Positions 1 through 12,700 of a stretch of DNA of 64,000 nucleotides are shown here, piece after piece; positions within the stretch are counted from its first letter, which is position 1, and every line of letters begins with the position of its first letter. The notes below the pieces were generated by a model. The model ran no database searches, was not told where the DNA came from, and saw only the letters and a program-made list of their open reading frames with translations. This DNA comes from Vicugna vicugna (Eukaryota), in NCBI GenBank assembly GCA_013265495.1, contig MU058198.1:1252419-1316418 (forward strand), read 5' to 3'. Position numbers and translations under genes: made by a program.

Positions 1-591
1 CTGGGGGTGATTTATCTGTGGCTGTGCTGGGCTCAGCTCAGCTCCACAGTCTGAGATCCATGCTGGGGGTAGGACCATCTGGGATATGCTACTCTCATGG
101 CAGAGGGCAGTCCCTGACCACACAACCACACAATCACATCCACTCACATTTCACTGACCAAAGCATATTCTATGGGCAATCTAATGTCAATGGAGATTCT
201 TTTCTCCAGAATGCACTGGGTAAGTCATGTGGAAATGAATGGGGACATACATATAATTCTACAGGGAGGGGGCAAGTTGTTGGGAAAAATAACTAAATCT
301 ACCACACCACTGTGTTTTAAGCACAAAAGGATTTATCACGTAAGAATTGGGTGTTCACAAAACTGTCAGAAGTACTGGAGAAGGAGGACATGAAGTCGAT
401 GTGGTGCTTTTGGAGAATGGCATATCAGAAGGAGACTGAGATAGAATGGATGCTGACTGCCAATTCACTGATAACCAAAACAGATTAATTTCTGGAAGAA
501 CCCTGTAAGGTTGGGATGAATCTCCTCAAGCAACTGATGACTCTACGGGAAAGACTCACCTGTGTGTTTTCTTTCCTTTGCAGGTTCAAAC

Positions 592-768
592 ATGCTTTGG
601 CTGCAGAAATTCCAGAGGCTTTGCATCTTATGGGGGAGTCGGATACCCAAACGTACTGTCCACGTTCATACAAGGCAACTGGCATCCCTGCAGTGGGGCT
701 ACCAGGAAGTTCCTCCCAAATTTAACTTTGCTAGTGATGTGCTGGATCACTGGGCTGACATGGAGAAG
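592..768 (+). CDS. ACSM2: ACSM2 coding exon 1 (mitochondrial targeting peptide; acceptor ends 583, 5' UTR part 584-591)
   Basis: tttgcag|gttcaaacATG; MLWLQKF...DHWADMEK; donor AAG|gtaatt; 177 nt. Confidence 0.95.
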
Positions 769-3700
769 GTAATTGGGAGAAGACGCACCAAGTTGGACAA
801 CTTGGCTGAGTCCACTAATTCATCCATTCATTGAGTAAATATTTATTGAGCACTTATTGTGTGTCAGGTACAGTGATGAGCTAGGAACAAGATGTCCATC
901 TTCCATGAAGGCAGCATGGGGTGGGAGCAAGGGAACATGGGCTTGGCAGAAAGAAGGGCTCAGGAGGCTGGTGCAAGAAGGAGCGGTCTGGGAACCCCCC
1001 TCCCCAGGCAGCTGATAACACAGCTTGCCTGCACGTACTGCACGTGCTCTGCTGTGACGTCCCAGAGTGAAATCAGGACTAGTGGGTTGCGGTCATAGAG
1101 GAGGTAGATTTGGGCTCAGTAAGGGGAAATCAGCATTCTCTTGTTAAACTAGCACCAGCCAAAGACTAAGCCAGTCTTCTCAGAAAGTTATGGGTCTTTG
1201 TCATTAAGTAGGATGACTGCTGGGCAGGGATTGTCAAGAGAACTCCGATATGAGACATCAGAGAAAGAGAGTGATGCAGGAGTTTCTGTTTCTTTTCCTA
1301 CCCTGGACTTATAGAATTCCACCCCATTCATTGCTGGTCCTATCCTTGCCTTTACCTGAAGTTCTGTGCACCTTTATGGAGGGTAAAAGGACTCACCCTG
1401 GCTAGGGTAGCAGAAGAGGTGGATCTGCTAGCCTGGGCTTAAAAGAATGGTGCTCCAAGGGCATCCTAATTCGGTCCCAACACCATGACACAACTTTAGC
1501 ACAGAGACTACAAACACCAGGCCTTTAGGCTGAAGACGCCCCATGGTGCAGGGCTCTCTTTAAAAAAAATCAATCAATATTTTAAAATTGAAAAATTTCA
1601 AAGAAAAATTTAGATATCTGGCTTTTCTTTAAAAGTTATACCTCCTTGGAATAATGAAGAAGCTCTTTACTACCAAGACTCGAAGTCATGAATCCATAAA
1701 ATAAGTGATTTAATACATCTGCTACATAAATATCAAAAAACCTCTCCATTGACAACACCGTAAGTAAAATTTGAAAACTAGTAACAATCAGGGGAAGTGT
1801 ATCATGTCACAGCAAAGAGTTAATATCCTCAGCACAAAAAGAGCTCCTGGAAATCAAGCCAAAACGTAGGAGCAATCCAACATCTACCTGTGGATTAATG
1901 GAGAAACCGATGGGCATATCTGTACAATGGAATATTATTTGGCCTTTAAAAAGAATGAAATTCTGATGTATGACACATCATGGATGAGCCTTGTAGACAT
2001 TATGTTAAGTAAAATAAGCCAGACAAAAAAGGAAAAATATTATGTGATTCCATTCACATGAGGTACCTAGTGTAGTCAAATTTAGAGACGGAAAATAGAA
2101 TGATAATTACCTGTCGCTGGGAGGAGGAGGGACTAGGGAGTCATTGTACGATGGATGCAGAGATTCGCTTTTGGTGGATGAAAAAATTCTGGAGATGGAT
2201 GATGGTTGTGATCACACAGCAACGTGAATGTATCTAGTGTCACCAAACAGTGAACTTAAAAAATGGTCAAAATGGCAAACTTTGTGTTATGTATATTTTA
2301 TCCCAGTAAAAGAGAAAATGAAAATAAATAAATACATAGACAGAGAGATAAATAAATCCAAGATATTTGCCTTTTCCACTCTCATTCTCTCACAAGCGTA
2401 CTGTGCATTTTCCAGAGACTACAGCAAAGTAAGTGCAGAAAGATGGGAGAACCCAAATATCTTCTACTAAGGAAGGTGTTAAAAAGATTTGCAAAAATGT
2501 ATAATATAAATCTCTCTCTTCATTATAATGTTTTTGTTTTGGAAAGTATACTTACCTCTTTATTAAAACACATTTTATGTCTGATAGTAGGTAATGGGTT
2601 TATTACTAGGATATTTAAAGCACGCATTTATGAAATATCTCAATTTAATTTCTAAGATAGCAAATATTGATGGAGAGAATCCACGTAAATAAAAAGTCTT
2701 TAGGATTATGATACTTCTTAAGAGCGTATAGGGTTCCTGAGATCAAAAAGCTTATTAAGCATTGATGTGGCAGTCCCAAGGTGGAATTTAGTCTACAAGC
2801 TCATGTACCAGCACACCCTAATCATTAGGCCTTCTGTTTCTTCAGGCTGGAAAGCGACACCCTGGCCCAGCCCTGTGGTGGGTGAATGGCGATGGGGATG
2901 AAGTGAAGTGGAACTTTAGTCAACTGAGTGAACTTAGCCAGCAAACAGCCAACGTCTTCTCAGGGCCATGTGGCCTGCAGCGCGGGGACCGGGTGGCCGT
3001 GGTGCTTCCCCGAGTGCCTGAGTGGTGGCTGGTGATCCTCGGCTGCATGCGAGCAGGTTGGTAATTGACCACCTGAGCGGGCCACTGTCTCCCACTCGTG
3101 GCAGAGAAATAGAACCAATACTCCCAAGAGATGCCCCCTCCACGTAGCACGTGGTCCCTCCTCATACAGAGACACCACCCTTCTCCCGTGTATTTAAATG
3201 AGCTATGTACCAAGCTCTGTTCTAGACGTTACTAACACAGAGTCAGCAGAACAGTCTATGCACTCGTGGGACTCACGGATCTTTGGAGAAAGACAGCTAT
3301 TAAACTAGTCATTGTACATATAATTATTTAATTATAGTTTTGATAAGTGGCGTGAGAATTCTTTAAGACTCTATAAAAAAATTGGTAAACTCTGACCTGT
3401 AGGCCAAATCCAGCCTAAAGCTTTTTTTCTTTCTTTGTAAACAGAGCTTTATTGGAATCCAGTCGTGCCCTGTTTGTATATTGCCTGTGACTGTTTTTGT
3501 ACTATCATAGCAGGCTTGAGGGCTTGAGGAGTTGGGACAGAGAGCCTCTGGCCCACAAAAGCCACAGAATATTTACTGTTTGTTTGGCTATTTGTTGAAA
3601 AAGTTTGCCAATTGGCTACCAAAGGAGACCTAAACTGACTAATCAGAGGGGGTCATGGGAGTCTCAGAGGAAGTGGTGTTTGGGCTGAGAGCTGGAGGAT

Positions 3701-6700
3701 GAGGGGGGTTTGGCCAGGGGCAGAGGCAGAGAGGGTTACTTCAGGCAGAGGGACCAGCACAGAGCGGAGGGAAGACTGAAAGTTATGAGAGAACCTGAAA
3801 TGACGTCCAAGTGCCTCAAGTTCAGGTGGCAAGGAGAAAGTAGTGGCAAAGGAGCCTGGAAAGATGGGTAGGTGCTACACTGGCAGAACCTTGTGGGTCA
3901 TGCATGGCAAGGGTCCCGGATTGTTACGCAGTGAGGAATGGGAAACCACGGCTGGACTGAGTGGCATGATTGTTTTCTGTTTGTAAAAGGTCACTTTGGA
4001 TGGTATGCAGAGAATGGGATGAAGGCAGGCAAGAATGGGGGTGGGAAATTCAAACAGGAGACAAAGGGTGATGATGATTTCAATTTGGATGGGAGGAGTG
4101 AAGATGGAGTTAAGTGGATGGGTTTAAAGGACAATTTGAAGGAAGCTGATAACAAGATGTTCTGATGAATGACATATGGTAGAGGAAGGAGGTCAGGGAG
4201 ATGGAGAAGCCACACACAGTCGGGCAACGGGCTGGATGCAGGAGTCTTTTGATGAAGTGAGGAGCACAGGGAGACACAGCTACGGGGTGTCAGGGAAAGA
4301 TGACAAGTTCAATTGGGTAATTGTTGACTTAGGGGTGCCCAGGTGATGTTCAACAAAAGATGTGAAGTTCTAATTACAAGGTAAATGGGGGGACAGTGGT
4401 GGAGTGCCTACCTAGCATGCACAAGGTCCTGGATTCAATCCCCAGTGCCTCCATTTAAACAAACAAACCTAATCCCCCCCCCCAAAAGGAAAAAAAATAG
4501 GAAAAAAAAAAGCTAAATATGTCCTGGGGATGTAATGTACCATATGGTGACTATAGTTAACAAAGAGTGTTGTATATTTGAAAGTTGCTAAAAGAGTAGA
4601 TCTTGAAAGTTCTCATCACAAGGAAAAAAAATTGTAGTTATGTGTGCTGATGGACGTTAACTTATCGTGGTATTCATTTCATAGCTTACAGGTACAGCAA
4701 ACCATTATGCTGTACAACTAAAACCAGGTCACTGTTATATGTCCATTATGTCTCAATTTTAAAATGTATGAAAAGATGGGATGAGAAGTGAGTAGCTGGA
4801 TTTAAGGGCATAACATCTGAGATGGAGACAGAAATTTGAGAATCATCAACCTCAGATATAAGAGATGACGAGTGAAGAGATGTAAGAAACAGCCTCAGGA
4901 AACCCCAGGGTCCCTCACTCCCAGCCTTCTTCACACACGACAGGCATTCTCACCAATAAGGAGGGAGATGTGAATGAGGTCAAGAAATAGGAGTAATCAG
5001 AGGAAGCTGAACATAATTGTAGGAACTTGGAGCCCCACGGGAAGAGTGAACAGGCCATGAGAGAAAGGTGACATAGAGACATGATGGTCTCAAGGGGAAA
5101 ACAAACAAACAAACTCAGAGTGGGAGATGTATCTGCACTTCTGTGTGCTTGACTCAACGTGATCATGGCTCTGGAGAGACGGTTGCCATGGTAACAGGTC
5201 TGCTGTGGGGATACTGAGACGTTGAGGGCGGGAAGAGAGTAAGCCAGGGGTGGAATCTAACAAGAAGAACATGTGCGATCAGCTTCACAAAAGGTGACAC
5301 AAAGTCCAGCTACTCTCCAGAAGAATAAAACAAAACCATAAAATCTCATCAAGACAGAAAACAAAACAAAGAAAAGCTAAGAGCACCCTTCTCTAAGAAA
5401 ATTCAGCTTCCCGGGTTTGGAAGAAATAGTCAGGACCTAGAGCACTGTGGTGTTGCATAGACAGTTGCAAGTTCCTTTGCTAATTATTTTAATTACTATA
5501 TAAGAGTGTTTGGATACAACAGACTCCCGTAGGGCATCGTGTGTGTGTGTGTGTGTGTGTGTTTGTGTGTGTCTGTATTGGCTGTAGACTATCAATGGTG
5601 TGACATTAGGCAATTCAATTTCTCTCCTTAGTATGGGTAGACCCCTTACAGCTCTGACAACCTTAGGAAAATCTGTACTCAAATTACTCTCTGGTCCTCA
5701 GTTCCCTGGTTACTGATACTCCAAATCAGTCTTCACCACCCCAGCCTCTCCTACCCCATTCGCTTGCCACTGGCTGTTTGCAGCACACTTCTCTAGGGAA
5801 GGAAACAACCCTCCCTTCCATTTGGCTTCTCCAGGCCTCGTCCTCATACCCGGATCTATCCAGCTGAAACCCAAAGACATTCTCTATAGGCTGCAGGTGT
5901 CTAACACCAGGGGCATCGTGGCTGGGGACGAAGTGGCCCAGGCAGTGGACACCGTGGCCCCTGACTGCCCTGCTCTGAAAACAAAGATACTGGTGTCTGC
6001 GAAAAGCCGGGAAGGGTGGCTGGACTTCAAGACGCTACTACGGTGAGTGTGAGGGTCCTGTCAGAGTGGGTGTGGTGTGGTGCAGTGTACTCCTACCACG
6101 TGTCTTAGCCTGCGTTCCCACCAAAATCAGAAACTGAGCCAAGCACTTATGTGCGGGGTCTTCATCCGGGAAGTCTGAGGAGCAGGGTGTGGGACTGGGG
6201 AGAGTGAAGCAGGAAAGAAGTAAGAGTTAATATAAGAGTTTATTATTTTTTTAAATTTTATTTATTTAATTTATTTTTTGAGGGGGGAGGTAATTAGATT
6301 CATTTATGCATTTATTTTTAGAGGAGGCACTGGGGGTTGAACACAGGACCTTGTGCATGCTAAGCATGTGCTCTAGCTCTTGAGCAATACCCTCCCTTCA
6401 AGAGTTTATTATCTTTATTGCTGAGTCACTGCCTGGGAGAAGTAGGGCTTGATCTGCAGGGACTTTCTGAGGAGCACATAGAATGTCTCCCCAGATTGTC
6501 CACAAAAGGATTGGCAAGCATTGACCCATCAGCCCCTAACCTCCTTTGGTAGAGGGCTGCCCGGGGGCATTATCTACCCTACACTCTGGGCTGCACACAC
6601 ACGCGTGCAGGATGGGATCAGAGCCGATGCCATGGCGGCAACACACAGTGAATCACCTGTGGTTCACGCTAGAAGCAACACCAAGGAACTCACCCAGAAC

Positions 6701-9700
6701 CGTTCACTGGCTGGAATCAGAGGTGAGGCCAAAAGCATAAGAGTAAAACAGAAGGTGAGTCACCAGGACATCTGGTGCCCAGTGCAGTCCTGAGAAGGTA
6801 ACGGTCTGTGTCTCTGTCAGGGAAGCACCTACCACTCATCGCTGCGTGGAGACTGGAAGCCAAGAGGCAGCTGCCATCTACTTCACCAGCGGGACTAGTG
6901 GCCCCCCTAAGATGGCAGAACACTCCCACTCAAGCCTGGGGATCAAGGCCAAGATGGATGCTGAGTAAGAAGGGTCCTTTCTCTCTACAGAGAACTGCAT
7001 GATCAGGCCTTGAGATTTTCCTGACCGCAAATGCAGTTCTCTTGGGATGGGCTGCTATCTGATGCTTCTGAGAAAGACAGTTGGGAAGTGGGGCAAGAGG
7101 GAGCATGGCTTAGCAAGCTAGCTATCCAGTGACCTGTGGTGGGACATTTCTGTTGAAGGTAACACAGGATCTCAAAACCCCTTCAAGTGCTTTGAGCTGT
7201 GTGTCTACTAGGCTGAATGCTTGGCACAAGGTTTCTACACATTTTCCCCTAGACTGATCTATATATCTTGTTCTTCCAAGTGCTGGTAATTTTCTTTGAT
7301 GCTACCCATATTTCAAAAGGGCATTTTTTGTCAGCAGCAACTTACTTCCCAAATTCATTGAAGAGGGCCCTGTAATTGGATTAATTAGATGAACTGAGAT
7401 CTCAGAATTTCTGGATCTCAGATCTCATCATCTAGACTTTTCCTCCATGCTACAGCAATCCCATCAGGGGAATTAGAAAATACTGTGCCAAGGCTGTCAT
7501 GCAATGATAACAAGAGATCTTCCGGGTCTTTTTCAGTCGATCCCACTTGCCATGTTAGTTTTATTATTAGAACTAGAAAAACGCTTTAATGCAAAAAAAA
7601 AAAACCTCAAAAATTTAAATGTCCCACCTATGAGCCTCTGGCATCAGAAAATTAAATTATTTCATAGAAATTATTTAATAGAAGAGCCATAGTAAAGTGT
7701 AGCTTCAAAAGATGGGAAGATAAGTCACTTATAAATATAACTAATATATTAAATTCTCACCCACCCCCCCAAAATTTGGTTCTATTAGGCTAGGACCTAA
7801 TTTCCCTACAGAGCTGAAAGGAGTCATCATCTTCAGGAAGGGACACAGGCTATGGTAATTCCCAGCCACAAGGAAGTTCTTCATGTTTAGCCTAAATCGT
7901 TTTTGCTTTAAAATAAGCCTAATACTTTTTTTAATTCTGGGCTGAAGAAAAAAAGGGAACAAGTTTTACTTTGTACAGGACCCTCAGTTGTGTTTAGGCA
8001 ATTCATGGTGCTCCAAGAAAAGAGAACCGAAGGTCTACTCAGCCAAACTTGAACTTAGCAAGGACACTTGTTAGAATATTCCCTTAGGTGTCTTTTGTTA
8101 GTAAACATTTCCTGGGTGGTTCCAACAGGCCAAAAACTGTACTCAATTCTGGAGATTAAAGGAGAGTGAGACCCAATTATCTGTTAAGTCACGGGAGCTA
8201 GGGGGTCACACCTTCTGGAAAGGCTCCCTTCTTTTTTTTTTTAAATTTTACATACTATGCTTTTATTGAAATTATACCAAATAAGCAATGAAGGAAAATT
8301 TCTCTTGGCAACATCATTTTCAAGGATCATTTCATGCATTTGCCGCCAGAAAAGCATCTAAGTTTGACAACCATGGGGTGAAAATCTCCATGCTCTACTT
8401 TGAACATGAAAGAAGATGGTGTCATTTTGGTTCCCCGCGCTGAGTTCCCTCAAATCTTGCCTTCCTGTCCCTGCCTGATACAATTTAGTCCCTCCTTAGT
8501 ACCTGCTGTTGATATTTTGCAGCTTCCATATCACAGGTGGGGTATCATTTCTTCTCCATGAAAAATGACCTGAAATTATAATGGGACCCAGCATTCAACC
8601 AATGGTCATTTGCCCCACTCATTGGCGAGGCTTGACCAAGTGCCAGGCAACCAGCTGGTTTTGGTCATATCAGAAAGTAAAGATGCATTTATGATCTGGT
8701 GTAGGCTGAGCCAGACATTTTTCACCAGTTTTGGCTAACAGGAGGATGACTCACCTCACCAATTCATAGGCATTCACCAAAATTTTGTAATTTCACTGGA
8801 GTTATATGGCAGATTAAAATGTGAAATTGACTCAGGCACAGATAGGGTAATATCTTTGTGGAATGCAATGAAATAATTTCTATTTCTAATAATGAGCAAC
8901 TTCTGAAGGGAGCTAACCTTTCGTGTAGAGAGAAGGACTTCTAGCTGCCTCCTATTGGCATTTCATTTTTTTTTTAATTGAAGTATAGTCAGTTTACAAT
9001 GTTGTGTCAATTTCTGGTGTACAGCATAATGCTTCAGTCATACAGATACATATGTATATTCATTTTCATATTTTTTTCATTGTATATTTACTACGAGATA
9101 CTGAATATAGTTCCCTTTGCTATATAGTGTAAACTTGTTTATTTATTTTATACATAGTAGTTAGTGTCTGCAAGTCTCGAACTCCCAATTTATCCCTTCC
9201 TATCCCCTTCCCTGCTGGTAACCATAGGTTTGTTTTCTATGTCTGTGAGTCTGTTTCTGTTTTGTAAATAAGTTCGTCTTTTTTTTTTTCTTAGATTCCA
9301 CATCTAAGTGATATCATATGGTATTTTTCTTTCTCTTTCTGGCTTAACTTCACTTAGAATGACAATCTCCAGGTACATCCATGTTGCTGCAGATGGTATT
9401 ATTTTATTCTTTTTATGGCTGAGTAGTATTCCATCATATAAATACACCAAAATTTCTTTGTCTAATCATCAGTCAATGGACATTTAGGTTTCTTCCATGT
9501 CTTAGCTATTGTAAATAGTGCTTCTGTGAACATTGGGGTGCACATGTCTTTTTGAATTAAGATTCCCTCTGGATATATACCCACGAGTGGGTTTGTTGGA
9601 TCCTATGGTAAGTCTATTTTTAGTTTTTAAAGAATCTCCATACTGTTTTCCACAGTGGCTGCACCAAACTACATTCCCACCAACAGTGTAGGAGGGTTCC

Positions 9701-12700
9701 CTTTTCACCACAGCCTCTCCAGCATTTATCATTTGAGGACTTTTTAATGATGGCTATTCTGACTGGTGTGAGGTGATACCTGTGAGGTGACACCTCATTG
9801 TAGTTTTGGTTTGCATTTCTCTGATAATTAGCGATATTGAGCATTTTTTCATTTGCCTGTTGGTCATTTGTATGGCTTCATTGGAGAATTGCTTGTTTAG
9901 GTGTTCTCCTCATTTTGGGATTGGATTTTTGTTGTTGTTGTTGTTGTAGTTATTAAGTTATATGACTTGTTTATATAGTCTGGAAATCAAACCCTTGTCA
10001 ATCGCATCATTTATGAATATTTTCTCCTATTCCATAGGTTGTCTTTTCATTTTGTTTATGGTTTCCTCTGCTGTGCAGAAGCTTATGTTTAATAAGGTCC
10101 TATTTGTTTATTTTTGCTTTTATTTATATTGCCTGGGTAGACTTCCCTAGTAAAATATCGCTAGGATTTGTGTCAGAGAATATTTTGCCTGTGTTTTCTT
10201 CTAGGAAGTTCATCGTGTCTTGTCTTATGTGTAAGTCTATAAGCCATTTTGAGTTTTACTTTTTGTGTGTGGTGTGAGGGATGTTCTAACTTCCCTGGTT
10301 TCCATGCTGCTGTCCAGCTTTCCCAACACCACTGGCTGAACAGACCATCTTTTCTTCATTGTATATTCTTGCCTCTTTTGTCCAAGATTAATTGACTGTA
10401 GGTGTGTGGGTTTATTTCTGGGCTCTCTATTCTGCTCCATTGATCCATATGTCTGTTTTTGTGCTAATTTTCCTTTTTGGTAGTGTCTTTGTCTGGTTTT
10501 GGCATCAGTGATGGTGGCTTCATTGAATGACTTTGAGAGTGTTTCCTCCTCTTCAATCTTTTGGAAGAGTTTGAGAAGAATTAGTATAAGTTCTTCTTTG
10601 TATGTTTGGTAGCATTCCCCAGTGAAGCCATCGGATCCTGGACTTCTGTTTGGGAGGCTTTTTTTACTGCTGATTTTATCTCACTCCTACTGATCGGTCT
10701 GTTCAGATTGTCTGTTTCTTCTTGATTCAGTTTTGGTGGACTGTATGTTACTAGAAACTTGCCCATTTCTTCTATGTTGTTTAATTTGTTGCCATATATT
10801 GTCCATAATAGTCTCTTATGATTTGTATTTCTATGGTGTTGGTTGTAATTTCTCCATTTCATTTCTTGTTTTGTTTATTTGTTTTCTCTCTCTTTTCTTG
10901 GTGAGCCTGGCCAGAAGTTTGTCACTTTTGTTTAATCTTTAAAAAAAAAAAAAAAGCTCTTGGTTTGATTTTTTTCCTATTTTTTTAATCTCTATTTTAT
11001 TTATTTCCTCCCTGATGTTTATGGTTTCTTTTCCTTCTGCTGGCTTTTAGTTGTGTTCCTTCTCCTTTTTCTATTTCTTTCCCTGCTGTTGGAAGAGAGG
11101 CTTTGAAACCTACTTCTGAGCTGTGGTGTGTGTTGTAGGCGGGCTGGTGTGCTTCTGTTGGAAGACGAGCTGCTGAATATTCCTCCACAGGAGATGTCCG
11201 CCTGAAGGTGCCTTCGTTGTCTGGGCTCACAAAGTACACTTTGATTTTGCTGCCCTTGTCCTCAACTCAGCCACGGGAATGTTGGCACCCCGCCCTGGTT
11301 CCATGTTCACAGAGCACCGGTGCAGATCCAGCGGTGGCGTCAGGCAACAGGACCCGCTGTGATATGGGTGCAGTTATGTACCTGCATCTTCTGTGAACTA
11401 CAGGGTCAGCCCAGACCCCAGACCCGTGTCCACTGTTAATGCCAGACTCGCCCCTGCCGCATGCTTGTCTTGGTTGTCTCAGCAGCGCAGGTCCACAAAG
11501 GCCAATCTGCCGCAGCCACCTGGGGCTCGGCTCAAATGTCAGTCCCGCCTGTGAAGTCCTGAGACTCCTGGGAATGGGTTCAGGTTTCAGCAGTGCCCCC
11601 GCCTGAGGGCCAAACACCAGCGATTGTGTCTCTCCAGAGCAAGCCAAGAAGACTGCTGTGTCTGGACCCTGCTCTGTCGCCCACGAGAGCAGGACAGTGT
11701 GGCAGGGCTGCGTGTACCCCTCCCCTCAACACGCACCAGCAGTGGCGCCCTCTATCGGGGACCCGACTCTTCTGCACACACTCAGCCCCAGTCCTCTGCC
11801 CAGGCTCGTCTGCAGAAGCCTGGGCTCCAGCCCCCAGTCCCGGCCCTCCCCCGCTGGCTCACCTCCAGGGCTGGGGATTGCAGGAGCCCTCTGTGCCGGT
11901 TTCTCTCTGTTCCATCCACCAAGCGGCTGCGGCTTTCTCCTCTGAGCTTCTGAAGCCCCTTTTCAGTCCCAACTGACCTCCCCACGGCAGAGGGGGCTTC
12001 CTAAGGTGAGGGTCCCCTCCCTGGGGCACAGGTCCCATACCAATTTCCTTCTTCTTCTTCTTCTTCTTTTTTTTTTTTGCTACCTGGTTTTGTGAGGGTT
12101 TTCCTTGTAGTTCTGATAGTAAGAGATGCTCTACCGAAGTTCAGCACATACTTTTTGCGAATTATTCCATATGTAGATGTAGTTTTTGTTGTATTCATAG
12201 GTAAGGATGAGCACCGCGTCCTTCCACTCCACCATCTTGACAATCTCCCCCTTCCCCCTGCCAGGACCCTTCGTTGATAGAGGATGTGTGGATAAAACAA
12301 CTCTCCTTTTTCCTGCTTGCTTATACTTAAACACACTCTTACAAATCGACACAATCACATTTAGGTACCCGTGCACACATACACACACCCACCTCTCCCC
12401 ACAGACACTCATACACTCGTGCTCCCCCCGGCCCAGCATGCACTCACTTACATGTGTTTCCCCTTCGTTCTCAGAATTTGGACAGGCCTGCAGGCCTCGG
12501 ACATAATGTGGGCCATATTAGACACAGGTTGGATACTGAACTTCTTGGCCTCCTTGCTGGAACCTTGGACATTGGGAGCATGCACATTTATCCATCTATT
12601 GCCGAAGGTTGACCCACAGGTCATTCTAAAGGTAAGAGAAGATCCAGTTTGCAGGTCAGAATGAGCCCAAGGTCTGCATACTCCAGATTATTGCGGTTTC

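Noticed and set aside
11208..12354. Cluster of overlapping 65-127 aa ORFs in GC-rich sequence
   Set aside because: They lie in the L1 5' UTR; high GC lowers stop frequency and none resembles a protein.
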